A stretch of DNA of 59,472 bases from Solirubrobacteraceae bacterium (GCA_035264365.1 DATFQI010000391.1:1-59472); one strand, 5' to 3'; counted from the stretch's first letter, positions 36,687-45,589 are shown. A program made the numbers and translations. The notes: generated by a model not told the origin, from the letters alone.

Positions 36687-37331
36687 ATGACCGGTCGTCA
36701 AGTCAAGCGACACTACGAATCTGCGGCCCGCAAAGCGGGAGCGCAGGAAACCCGCCGCAAGATTCGTGCGGCGGCGGCAGAGTTGTTCGTCACCCACGGC
36801 TACGTGGCGACGACCATGAAGGCGATCGCCACCGCAGCGGGGATCTCGGAGCGAACGGTCTTCCTCGCCTTCCCGACCAAGGCAGCCCTGCTCGCAGAAT
36901 GCATCCAAGTTGCGGTGCGCGGGGATGACGACGCGACGCCGCTGCTGGCGCGCGAGCGAACTCAGAAGTTGCTCGAGGCTCCACGGGAGCACATCCTTGG
37001 ACTCCTCGCCGAGCAATCAGCCGAACTGATGAGCCGCGCCGCCCGTCTCCTTGCCGTGGGCGAATCGGTCGGGCCGGCGGACCCCCTGCTCAACGAGGCG
37101 CGCGAACGCGGCCGCGCGGCGACCCGAAGCGACTTGCTCGAGGTCGCCAAGGCGATGAAGCGAGTCGGGGCGCTGCAGCGCGGCATGTCAGCGGAGCGCG
37201 CGGCGGACGTCATGTACGCGGTCGCCGCCAGCGAGTCCGTCTACCTCCGGCTCGTCGACCAGCGTGGCTGGAGCACCGACGAATATGCCCGCACCCTCGA
37301 ACGTGCGCTCGCCGGCGCCCTCAGCGCCTGA
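36687..37331 (+). CDS. TetR/AcrR-family transcriptional regulator
   Basis: ORF 36687..37331, 214 aa. The N-terminal HTH is TRRKIRAAAAELFVTHGYVATTMKAIATAAGISERTVFLAF. Confidence 0.88.
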   Translation: MTGRQVKRHYESAARKAGAQETRRKIRAAAAELFVTHGYVATTMKAIATAAGISERTVFLAFPTKAALLAECIQVAVRGDDDATPLLARERTQKLLEAPREHILGLLAEQSAELMSRAARLLAVGESVGPADPLLNEARERGRAATRSDLLEVAKAMKRVGALQRGMSAERAADVMYAVAASESVYLRLVDQRGWSTDEYARTLERALAGALSA

Positions 37332-37510
37332 GTTCCCGTTTCGAGGACGTGACTCCGGAAGCGGCCCCTGCGTCTGCCGGCGCGAGCCCGCTGCTCGCCG
37401 GCGCAGGCCGCGACGACCGTCGCGAAGTCCGGTGACTACTCGCTAGGGCGCGGGAGAAGGGCGGGCGGCTCTGCATCACGCTCATCCGCGACCGCCGCAA
37501 CTACCAGGGC

Positions 37511-39107
37511 ATGGCCTGCGGTCGGATCCCACGCTCGCCGCACCGGCCGCTGGCGATCTTCCCCGACACGTTCACCTACCACTACGCGGCCGCCGTCCCG
37601 CCGTCGGTGCGCATCGCCGAGGCCGAGGATCGCAAGGGCCGGCGTACGCGTCACCGCACGTTCCGGGCGCGCGGGTTCTCCGCTCGCTTCGTCCTGATCC
37701 CGTCGCCCCCGATCCCGGTGTTCGTGCGCTTCCATGGGGCGAGGGACACGTTGCTCGGTATGGACGCAGGGTCGTTCGGCTACATCACCATGGAGGACGA
37801 CGAGGCACGCGTCTTCGGGGAGCCCGGCCACGACGTCACGGTGCACACGGAACCGCGGATCGCTCCGACGCCCGACCAGGCCGACCGCATCCGCACGCTC
37901 GCCTGCGCCGGACTCAACCAACGGCAACGCCGGCAGCGGATGGTGCACCGGCGACGCGGAGAACTTCGTCACGGTGGCTCCCGCCTGCGACGTGCCGGAC
38001 CTCGTGAGCGGGATCGTCTCCGCAGGCGTCGAGCGCGTGCGACTCACGCTCGGTACTGGCGGCGAGCTCGACCTCGCCTCGCGCGATCTCCCGGCAGCAT
38101 TCGGCGGGCGCCGCGTCTTCGCCGGGCCCGTGCCCGGACGCGAGGCGATCCGTGCCGCGGCAGCCCTGGACGCCCCCGGCGTGGTCGTCGCCCGCCGCAC
38201 GCTCGGAACCCCGCCCGGCGGCCAGTGTCCCGGCGAGGACCAGGGGAACGACAATGCGGGCGGCGACATGCGGCCGACGACGGCGCCGCTCGGCGCGGTC
38301 CCGGTCGCGACCGCGGCCGGCGAGTCGCTGGTCGCTGCCGACCGCGGCGAGACGCTGTGCGTCGCATTCGGCGCGCTGCGCGCTCGGGTCTGCCCGCCGC
38401 CGCCGGTCGACTCCGACCGCCCGCGGCTGCAGCGCCGCGGCGGCGCCGTCGGCGGAGTCCTGAGCCGCGACGCGGCTCGCGTCACGCTCCGGCTCGACCG
38501 CGGCGGGCCGGTCACGCGCCACCACGGACGGCCCGGCGTACACCGGTCGCTGGGCGGGGAAGGTGCGCTTCTTCGCGGCGGCGGTCGACCCCGGGCGCGA
38601 GGTGACGGGCGCCGTAGTGCGCAACACAGCCGGCGACGTGATCGGCATCAGCGAGCGCGGGATCGTGCGGCGGCGCACGCACCGCCGCGTGGTCGCCGAG
38701 CAGGCCGGTCGTGGTGTCGCGATCGTGCGCCGGACGGCGAGCAGCCATGCCTGACACCGTTCGCGGCCGACCTCCCGCCTGCCGGGCGCCTCTGCTTCGA
38801 CCCGGAACACGGTACGCCGATCGATGGCCCGTTCTACCTCTACCGCGGCTCGGTGATCGTTCCCTGCGCGCCGCGGCTCGCGTTCGCCTACGGCCGGATG
38901 CCCGCCGACCGCCGCGCGCCCGAGATCCTGCTCGACGGCGGCCGCTCCGTCCGCGCGCGCCGGCTCGCGTTCCCGGGAGACGACGGCTGGGTCGCCTTCC
39001 TCCCGGATACCGGCGTGCGCGGTCTGAAGGGCGGCCGCTCGAAGGTACCGCTGCGACTCCCACCCGCCTCCGAGCAGTGCGGCTACAGCTTGTTCAGGGC
39101 GTTCTGA
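37511..39107 (+). pseudogene. unknown-function gene disrupted by three apparent frameshifts (or three indel errors)
   Basis: High G/C third-position bias moves between frames (frame = coordinate mod 3). It is in frame 2 for 37511 to ~37920 and in frame 0 for ~37935 to ~38515. It is in frame 1 for ~38520 to 38751 (stop at 38752-38754), then in frame 0 for ~38745 to 39107. The downstream segments have no in-frame start codon at their beginnings. Confidence 0.45.
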
Positions 39108-39243
39108 CGGCGCCAGCGAGTTGATCGTGAAACACAGGTTCGAGTGGGAGGTGCAGCCGGGCGTGCATCAGGCCGGCGGGTGCCATGGGCGCCCAGGCCG
39201 CCCGGGCTGGGCGGAGTTCTGCTCGGTCGTCGACGAGCTGTCG

Positions 39244-39471
39244 CTACTCAAACGCGCGCCGCCCACGCCCCAGCACCGCGGAGCGTGCCGCCGTGACCTT
39301 CGCGCGCCGCGGCGGCGGCTCGTCCGACAGATGCAAGTTCCCGCCGCAACGTCGGCAACTGACGCCCATCGAGAGCGTGATCTCACGGGTGATCGCCGCC
39401 CTGGAGTAGACCAGGCCGCACTGCGCGCACCGCAGCTGCGACGGTCCGGGTGCGAGGCTCAAGTGACGCAC
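39244..39471 (-). CDS. small zinc-ribbon protein (CxxC-x20-CxxC)
   Basis: Track ORF 39244..39525 trimmed to GTG 39471. This start overlaps the end of the upstream ATPase gene by 13 nt. It reads ...LRCAQCGLVYSRAAITREITLSMGVSCRRCGGNLHL... with good third-position bias. Confidence 0.5.
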   Translation of the reverse strand: MRHLSLAPGPSQLRCAQCGLVYSRAAITREITLSMGVSCRRCGGNLHLSDEPPPRRAKVTAARSAVLGRGRRAFE

Positions 39472-40097
39472 GGCAGCTGTGCCCAGACGCGGGTGGGTCC
39501 GCCCGGAGCGCGGATGACGCCCCACCGCAGGCTGAGCTGCTCGACGAGGTTCAAGCCCATCCCGCCGCCGGCGGTCGGGTCGGGCGTGCGCCGCGCGACC
39601 ACCCCGTCAAAGCCGTGATCTTCGACTTCGAGCCGGCACGTGCCGCGCCACAGGTGCACGCGCACGACGAAGTCATCGCCCTGCGCCGCTCCGCTGTGCA
39701 CCAGGCTGTTCGTGGCCAGCTCGGAGACGAGCAACTGCGCGACGTCGAGCACGGCGCTGGTGACGTGGTCGCCCAGGCAGCTGGCGACGACGGTCCGGGC
39801 GAGTCCAGGTGCGTGCGCGTCGAGCGGGATCGTCACGTCTGCGAGCTCGACACCGTCCACGCGCCCACCCTCGCGGGCGGCCGCCCGCAGCCGCGCATTG
39901 TGCACCCGCAATTCGACGTTTTCGGCCTTGAGCGCCTTCGCCCCGCGACGCAGGGTCGCCACCGCATCGGTGAGCAGACCGATCTGCAACGCCTGACGGC
40001 GGCATTCGCTCTGCAGGCGCCCGATGTCGGGCGGCAACCGCGTACTTGCAGGCGGCGGAGCGGCCGCGGCCGCCGGACCGAGTTCCTCTAGTCGCAT
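39459..40097 (-). CDS. coiled-coil + HATPase_c (RsbW/SpoIIAB-like anti-sigma kinase fold) protein
   Basis: Track ORF 39459..40163 trimmed to ATG 40097, with GGGAGG 8 nt upstream. The N-terminal heptad-like region is LQSECRRQALQIGLLTDAVATLRRGAKALKAENVELR. The C-terminal region is LLVSELATNSLVHSG...CRLEVEDHG...GGMGLNLVEQLSLRWGV. Confidence 0.7.
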   Translation of the reverse strand: MRLEELGPAAAAAPPPASTRLPPDIGRLQSECRRQALQIGLLTDAVATLRRGAKALKAENVELRVHNARLRAAAREGGRVDGVELADVTIPLDAHAPGLARTVVASCLGDHVTSAVLDVAQLLVSELATNSLVHSGAAQGDDFVVRVHLWRGTCRLEVEDHGFDGVVARRTPDPTAGGGMGLNLVEQLSLRWGVIRAPGGPTRVWAQLPCVT

Positions 40098-40333
40098 CAG
40101 GTTCGCCTCCCTGGACCCCCTGACCGGCCGAGGCTCGTCACCTGGACTGCGCAGAGTTTCCAATGTCTCGGCGAGAGCGAACCGCGCGTCTCAGAACCCG
40201 GCTTCGACCGCCAGGCCCAGCTCGCGCCGAGGACGCTCCCCTTGCGCGGCGAACCCTAACGCCCGCTCGGTGACACGCAAGTGATAACGCAGACGCTCGT
40301 AACGGTTCGAACCTGCCCGGGGTCGAACCTCGC

Positions 40334-40720
40334 TCAGTCTTCTTCGAAGCCGGTCATGTCCGTTCGCTCGTCCGCGAGCAGGAACGTCTCGACCGATACG
40401 TCCCGGTCGATGTCGGTGTCCGATAGGAAGACCCTGACCTTGCGGCCCGTCGCCTGCTCGACGACGCTCGTGAAGCTCTCGGCCATCTGTTGCTGGAAGC
40501 GGCGACGGATGTGCTGAATCGCCTCGCGCTCGCCTCGGCTGGCGAGCGTCTTCTCGGCGCGCGTGAAGGACTCTTCGAGAACCACGACCACAAGGTCGTC
40601 GACGATGTACGTCTTGGCCTTCGTGGGGCCCTTGCCGTAGTACTCAGCCTGAAGGCGGACCATCTCCCGCGAGATGTCGGCCCGCATCTCGCCCAGCGAT
40701 CTTGCAGGTTCTTCGCTCAT
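40334..40720 (-). CDS. DUF2294 (MpsC-like) family protein
   Basis: Track ORF 40334..41335 trimmed to ATG 40720. ISREMVRLQAEYYGKGPTKAKTYIVDDLVVVVLEESFTRAEKTL...GRKVRVFLSDTDIDRDVSVETFLL matches the DUF2294 pattern. Confidence 0.78.
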   Translation of the reverse strand: MSEEPARSLGEMRADISREMVRLQAEYYGKGPTKAKTYIVDDLVVVVLEESFTRAEKTLASRGEREAIQHIRRRFQQQMAESFTSVVEQATGRKVRVFLSDTDIDRDVSVETFLLADERTDMTGFEED

Positions 40721-40828
40721 CTGCGTGCGTGAGGGAGCAGGTCCGGCGACACGCGCCGAGTCTACCCGCGGCGCTGCCCTGGAACCGCGACGTGACCACG
40801 GTAGTCTCGCTGGAGGAGCGAACCTCGC

Positions 40829-41236
40829 ATGCGGCTCCGTCCAGCGACCGTTCTCATCCTCGCCGCGTTCGGCGCGGTGGTCGAGGCCGGCGAGGCCGCC
40901 GCAGCCGAGCTCGCACGCGTGGATGCGCGCGAGCTCCGCGACGAGCTCGACGCGGCCTTCGCGCTCATCCGCAACCAGTCGCGCCCTGTGGCGTCCATCT
41001 GCGAGAAGCAGCTCCCGTTCGTGACCCCCGGTCTCACCCTGCGCTTCGATGGAGCGAAGGATGGCGGCGTCGAGTTCACCTACGAGACGGATTCCGACAA
41101 GCCGCTGACCATCAGACGTGCGGTGTCGCCCCCACGCCCGGGGACCGTGACGATGCGACGCGCATACGAATCCGCGAAGACGAAGACGTTCAGGGCCGAG
41201 ATCGCGGATGACGGCCAGTCTGCCTCGATTGCCTAG
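40829..41236 (+). CDS. secreted hypothetical protein
   Basis: ORF 40829..41236, 135 aa, with GGAGGAG upstream. The signal-like N-terminus is MRLRPATVLILAAFGAVVEA. Confidence 0.55.
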   Translation: MRLRPATVLILAAFGAVVEAGEAAAAELARVDARELRDELDAAFALIRNQSRPVASICEKQLPFVTPGLTLRFDGAKDGGVEFTYETDSDKPLTIRRAVSPPRPGTVTMRRAYESAKTKTFRAEIADDGQSASIA

Positions 41237-41353
41237 CCGGCGGTCCGCCGGCGTCGGGACCCCCCGATAAGCACCTAGAGCGCGACCAGTTCTGCGGCGG
41301 CGCGGTGTCACTACTGCCATGGAAGGCATCGACACCCGGATGGAGGTACGCAG

Positions 41354-41707
41354 ATGAGCGCGCAGGAGATCGTCGCCCGCTACTACGAGGCGTGGCAGAC
41401 CAAGCGCGGCGACATGAGCGACGTCCCGCTCGCCGACGACTTCCGGTTCACCGGGCCGGTCGCGAGTTTCGAGAGCGCCGAGGGCTACCGCGCGATGGCG
41501 CGCGAGGCAGGCCAGGTGGTCACGAGCTTCGACGTGCGCCGGCAGTTCGTCGACGGCGGGACGGTGTGCTCGATCATCGACTGGGAGATGGCGATGCCCG
41601 GGGTCGGGCGGATGACGTCGGCCGAGCTGCTCGAGGTCGAGGACGGTGTCATCGTCCGCGGCGAGTTGATCTACGACGCGGAGCAGCTACGGCGCGCTAT
41701 GGCGTGA
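41354..41707 (+). CDS. SnoaL-like / NTF2-fold protein
   Basis: ORF 41354..41707, 117 aa, with GGAGG upstream. It opens MSAQEIVARYYEAWQTKRGD...FRFTGP..., as this family typically does. Confidence 0.75.
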   Translation: MSAQEIVARYYEAWQTKRGDMSDVPLADDFRFTGPVASFESAEGYRAMAREAGQVVTSFDVRRQFVDGGTVCSIIDWEMAMPGVGRMTSAELLEVEDGVIVRGELIYDAEQLRRAMA

Positions 41708-41722
41708 GCCGGCGGCAACCGT

Positions 41723-42766
41723 ATGCCCGAGAACCCGATCGATGCGACCCAGGACTCGCTCCTGGGTCGCGCGAGAGCCGGCGACGAGCACGCGTTCCGG
41801 GAGCTGGTCGAGACGTATCGCAGTGAGCTGCATCTGCATTGCTACAGGATCGTCGGGTCGGTCCAGGACGCGGAGGATCTCGTGCAGGAGACGATGCTGG
41901 GCGCCTGGCGCGGGCTGGATGGCTTCGAAGGGCGAGCCTCGTTGCGCTCGTGGCTGTACCGGATCGCCACGAATCGCTGCCTCAACGCCCTGCGCGACCG
42001 CGGGCGGCGCCCGCCGGAGATATCGCCGCCCGCCGAGCAGCCGCCGGAGCCACCGACGCCGACCCGGCTGCACGACCCGCTCTGGCTCGAGCCGTACCCG
42101 GATGCGCTGCTCGCCGGACTCGCCGACCGCGCACCAGGTCCCGATGCCCGCTACGAGACTCGCGAGGCGATCGCGCTGGCCTTCGTCACGGGCCTGCAAC
42201 AGCTCCCGCCGCGCCAGCGCGCCGTGCTCGTCCTGCGCGACGTGCTCGGCTTCCGCGCTGCCGAGGTCGCCCGGATGCTCGACGTCACCGACGCGTCCGT
42301 GACGAGCGCGTTGCACCGGGCACGGACCGGGATCGAGCGCGCGTCGCGCACCGGTCGGCGAGAACGGGCGCCGCTGCCCGATTCGCGCGCGGAGCGCGAG
42401 CTCGTCACCCGCTTCGCCGACGCCTTCCAGGCCGGCGACGTCGACGCCGTCGTGGCACTCCTCACCCAGGACGCGGTGCTGACGATGCCGCCCACGCCGC
42501 TCGAATACGAGGGACCGGCGGCGATCGCTCGCTTCCTGACCGCCGTCCCGGGCGGTGGACAGCTCGAGCGATTCCGGCTCATCCCCACCCGCGCCAACGG
42601 CCAGCCGGCCTTCGGCTGCTACCTACGCGACCTCCACGCCCCACTCGACCACGCCTACGGGCTCATGGTCCTCACCCTCCGCAGAGACGGGGTCGCCGCC
42701 ATCACCGGTTTCCCCGACACCAGCGTGTTCGCCCACTTCGGGCTCCCGCGCACGCTACCCGAGTGA
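41723..42766 (+). CDS. ECF-type RNA polymerase sigma factor with C-terminal SnoaL/NTF2-like extension (SigG/TIGR02960-like)
   Basis: ORF 41723..42766, 347 aa. Region 2 reads FRELVETYRSELHLHCYRIVGSVQDAEDLVQETMLGAW. Region 4 reads LPPRQRAVLVLRDVLGFRAAEVARMLDVTDASVTSALHRAR. The C-terminal ~120 aa, FADAFQAGDVDAVVALLTQDAVLTMPP..., is NTF2-like. Confidence 0.88.
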   Translation: MPENPIDATQDSLLGRARAGDEHAFRELVETYRSELHLHCYRIVGSVQDAEDLVQETMLGAWRGLDGFEGRASLRSWLYRIATNRCLNALRDRGRRPPEISPPAEQPPEPPTPTRLHDPLWLEPYPDALLAGLADRAPGPDARYETREAIALAFVTGLQQLPPRQRAVLVLRDVLGFRAAEVARMLDVTDASVTSALHRARTGIERASRTGRRERAPLPDSRAERELVTRFADAFQAGDVDAVVALLTQDAVLTMPPTPLEYEGPAAIARFLTAVPGGGQLERFRLIPTRANGQPAFGCYLRDLHAPLDHAYGLMVLTLRRDGVAAITGFPDTSVFAHFGLPRTLPE

Positions 42767-42811
42767 CGAGGTTGTGTAGGAGAGCGCGATCTGGTACTTA
42801 ACAGATACGTT

Positions 42812-42831
42812 ATCTAACGATCCCGTTAGAT
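42812..42831. promoter_or_regulatory. candidate ArsR operator: perfect 8-bp inverted repeat ATCTAACG-ATCC-CGTTAGAT overlapping the arsR-like start codon
   Basis: Read directly from the sequence. It lies in a locally AT-rich stretch (42795-42835). ATG 42830 lies inside the right arm. A second palindrome, AGATA-CGT-TATCT, sits at 42803-42815. Confidence 0.55.
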
Positions 42832-43159
42832 GCTCACCGACCAGCTCAGCCTCACGTTCGCGGCCCTCGCCGACCCGACGCGCCGCTCGATCCTCACTCG
42901 CCTCGCCGAGGGCGAGGCGACCGTCACTGAGCTCGCGGAGCCATTCCCCATGAGCCTGCCCGCGATCTCGCGACACCTCAAGGTGCTCGAGCGCGCGGGG
43001 CTGATCGCCCGCAGCCGCGACGCCCAGTGGCGGCCGAGCCGGCTGCAAGCTGACCCGCTCGACGACGCGGCGGAGTGGATCGAGTCGCGCAAGCGAACCT
43101 GGGAAGCCCGGATGGACCGACTCGACGCGCACCTGCGCGCGAAAGGAGAGCAACGATGA
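42830..43159 (+). CDS. ArsR/SmtB-family transcriptional regulator
   Basis: ORF 42830..43159, 109 aa. It reads FAALADPTRRSILTRLAEGEATVTELAEPFPMSLPAISRHLKVLERAGLI. Confidence 0.88.
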   Translation: MLTDQLSLTFAALADPTRRSILTRLAEGEATVTELAEPFPMSLPAISRHLKVLERAGLIARSRDAQWRPSRLQADPLDDAAEWIESRKRTWEARMDRLDAHLRAKGEQR

Positions 43160-43611
43160 CCGACTCGACCCCCGTGGCCGCCGACCAGCAGGTCAAGATC
43201 ACCCGCACCTTCGACGCGCCACGCCAGCAGGTCTTCCGCGCCTGGACCGATCCGGACGAGGTCGCGAGCTGGTTCGGCCCCGAGCACGTCGACACACCGC
43301 GCGAGCGGATTCATATCGACCTGCGCGTCGGAGGGCGCTACGAGCTCACGATGGTCCAGCGCGACAGCGGCGCCGAGTTCGCGATCGGCTACGACATCCT
43401 CGAGCTCGTGGAACCGGAGCTGCTCGTCCTGCGCTCGGATCCGATGCCCGAGATGGGCATGCACGAGCGCACGATCACGCGCGTCGAGCTGCACGACATC
43501 GGCGGGCAGACCCGCATGGACCTGACCGACGGCCCCTACCCCGAAACCGGACACGCCGAGGCCGGCTGGCACGCCGCCTTCGACAAGCTCGCGACGGTCG
43601 TCGCGCGGTAG
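43156..43611 (+). CDS. SRPBCC/AHSA1-family protein
   Basis: Track ORF 43075..43611 trimmed to ATG 43156, an ATGA overlap with the ArsR stop, with AAAGGAGAG upstream. It reads ITRTFDAPRQQVFRAWTDPDEVASWFGP. Confidence 0.85.
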   Translation: MTDSTPVAADQQVKITRTFDAPRQQVFRAWTDPDEVASWFGPEHVDTPRERIHIDLRVGGRYELTMVQRDSGAEFAIGYDILELVEPELLVLRSDPMPEMGMHERTITRVELHDIGGQTRMDLTDGPYPETGHAEAGWHAAFDKLATVVAR

Positions 43612-43660
43612 CGCGTCAAACAAAGCCAGCGCCGCTGCAGCCGTCGTGGCGCGCCCTGCT

Positions 43661-44956
43661 TCACACCGTCTGCGGGAGGAGCGAGTGTGCGGTGCTCTTG
43701 TGCCACTCGAGCAGGAGGGCGGTGGCATCGTCGCGCAATGCCCCTTCGCCGCGTTCGATGATTGCTTCGCGTAGGCCGCGGAGCGTCTCGGGGGCAGGGA
43801 GGCCGTTGGCGGCCTGGCGTTCGATGAACTCGCCGAGGCGCTCGACGGTGAACAGCTCGCCGTCCGGGCGGCGCGCCTCGGTCAGCCCGTCGGTGTAGAG
43901 CAGGAGCATGTCGCCGGGCTCGAGCCACTCCTCGCCTTCGATGGGCTCACGGGTGGCGAGTCGCATGCCCAGCGGCGGTGATGGCGTGATGTCGAGCGGC
44001 TTGACCAGGTGCCCGCTGCGGAGGAGCAACGGCGGGGGATGCCCCGCGCTGATCCAGCTCAGCCGCCCGGTCGCCAGTTCGAGCTCGGCAATGAGCCCGG
44101 TCACGAAGCGGCTGGTCGGGTATTGCTCGAAGATCGCTGCATCGATCGTCTTGTACCTGGTCGCCGGGCTCTCGCCGTGGCGCCGGCTGTGCCGGTAGGC
44201 TGCCAGCGCGAAGGCCGCCACCCCGGCCGCGGCGAGGCCGTGTCCCATCGCGTCGAAGACGGCGAAGTGCAGGATGCCTTCGGCGTTGACGGCGTAGTCG
44301 TAGGCGTCGCCTCCGTTGTCGTACGCAGGCTCGAGCAGTGCGCCCAGGACGAATGCGTCGGTCGCCAGGACCTGGGGCGGGACGAGATCCCAGATCAGCT
44401 CGCTGGCCATCGTCATCGATTGCCGTCGGCGAAGCAGCTTGAAGAAGTCGCTGTAGAGATCCTTGTTGGTGATCAGCGTGGCGATCAGATGGCTGAGCCG
44501 CTCGCACAACGCGACGAGCGCCTCCGGCAGCGGCCCCTGGCGGCCCCCGAAGCTCATTTCCACGACCCCGAGCCGCTCGGTGCCGTCGATCAGCGGCAGC
44601 CACAACCGGCGACTTCCGCCGTCGTCCTGGAGTTGGATGATGGAGGTGGAAGCGAAGGCGCGGCCGGCCACGGTGCCCTGGATCTGCAGCGGCTCGCCGT
44701 CGGGTGAGCCGGGGTGCGGCACGGGGATCAGGCGCTTCTGCTCCTGGTCGACGACATACGGCACCAGGGAATCGGCCGCGATGCGGCGCGCCTCCTCAGC
44801 GACGACCGTGGCGAGGTCGGACGCGGAGCTGAGGTGCGTCCGGCGCAGGACCTCTTGCAGCAGCTCGCCGGCCCGCGACGCGATGTCGCATTGCTCACCC
44901 ACCGTCGATACGGCTTCCACCGAAGCGGATTCGCGGTCGCTCAAGCCCACGAGCAC
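43661..44956 (-). CDS. GAF-domain PP2C-type (SpoIIE/RsbU-like) serine phosphatase
   Basis: ORF 43661..44956, 431 aa. The phosphatase motifs are GGDAYDY, FDAMGHGLAAA, SAGHPPPLL and LLLYTDGLTEA. Confidence 0.85.
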   Translation of the reverse strand: MLVGLSDRESASVEAVSTVGEQCDIASRAGELLQEVLRRTHLSSASDLATVVAEEARRIAADSLVPYVVDQEQKRLIPVPHPGSPDGEPLQIQGTVAGRAFASTSIIQLQDDGGSRRLWLPLIDGTERLGVVEMSFGGRQGPLPEALVALCERLSHLIATLITNKDLYSDFFKLLRRRQSMTMASELIWDLVPPQVLATDAFVLGALLEPAYDNGGDAYDYAVNAEGILHFAVFDAMGHGLAAAGVAAFALAAYRHSRRHGESPATRYKTIDAAIFEQYPTSRFVTGLIAELELATGRLSWISAGHPPPLLLRSGHLVKPLDITPSPPLGMRLATREPIEGEEWLEPGDMLLLYTDGLTEARRPDGELFTVERLGEFIERQAANGLPAPETLRGLREAIIERGEGALRDDATALLLEWHKSTAHSLLPQTV

Positions 44957-45307
44957 CCCGTCGATGCGTCAGAGGGATTCGACCGGGTGGCGGTCAGCGG
45001 CCCCATCGTGAGCGTCTACCCACGATGGCCGTGTCAGGATCCGACCGGTCACGGCTGTGCCCGACGCGCGAGCTCAAGCCGCGCGAGCGAGAAGCTCGGC
45101 GTCTGCGGACAGCGGCCCGTAGATCTCGCGCGCGAGCGTGAGGATCTCGCCCGTGTTGCGGCTGCTGACGCCGGGTCGAGCGGAGGTGCGGGACCGGTAC
45201 GGTCCGGCCACTTACAAGGCCGGTTCGCCCAGCTCGGAGCGCGGGGCAGCCTTTAGGCAAGCGGCGACCGAACCGTGTTCGGACGAGGCAAGCTGGAGGT
45301 GAAGCCA

Positions 45308-45589
45308 ATGGCGTCCGCGAGCAAGACGACGACCGACCACGACGAGATCCGCTCCTGGGTGGAGGAGCACGAGGGCAAGCCCGCCAGCGTCCGAGCCACC
45401 AGCGAGGGCGACGATCCCGGCGTGCTGCGGATCGACTTCCCCGGTGGCACCGGCGAGGAGCAGCTCGAGCACATCTCATGGGACGACTGGTTCGCGAAGT
45501 TCGACGAGACCGACCTTGCGTTCCTCTATCAGCAGGAGAAGGCCAGTGGCGAGGACAGCACGTTCTTCAAGCTCGTCTCGCGCGACTGA
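45308..45589 (+). CDS. conserved hypothetical protein (93 aa)
   Basis: Track ORF 45275..45589 trimmed to ATG 45308, with GGAGGTGA upstream. It reads TTDHDEIRSWVEEHEGKPASV...GVLRIDFPG...LEHISWDDWFAKFDETDLAFLYQ. I recognise no named domain. Confidence 0.62.
   Translation: MASASKTTTDHDEIRSWVEEHEGKPASVRATSEGDDPGVLRIDFPGGTGEEQLEHISWDDWFAKFDETDLAFLYQQEKASGEDSTFFKLVSRD

Noticed and set aside
37436-38810. Minus-strand ORFs 37436..38515 and 37914..38810 as alternatives to the frameshifted plus-strand gene.
   Set aside because: Their translations are Ser/Arg/Pro/Ala-rich with poor third-position bias. The plus strand shows segment-wise strong bias and protein-like sequence.
39121-39618. Plus-strand ORF 39121..39618 (165 aa) and neighbouring ORFs 39168..39386 and 39185..39409.
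   Set aside because: They are antisense to the zinc-ribbon and ATPase genes over most of their length. They are Arg-rich with weak bias. Only the first ~40 codons (39121-39243) lie in unassigned DNA, and those lack a start context.
40300-40330. GGTTCGAACC (40304-40313) and GGTCGAACC (40321-40329), which resemble tRNA T-loop sequences.
   Set aside because: I could not close a T-stem, acceptor stem or anticodon arm around either copy on either strand, so this is not a tRNA. It could be a tRNA or att-site fragment, but I have no supporting integrase or repeat.
45075-45212. 45-codon minus-strand ORF (VAGPYRSRTSARPGVSSRNTGEILTLAREIYGPLSADAELLARAA) in the gap upstream of the PP2C gene.
   Set aside because: It is short, has no ribosome-binding site, shows only moderate codon bias and belongs to no recognisable family. 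The evidence is insufficient to call a gene.
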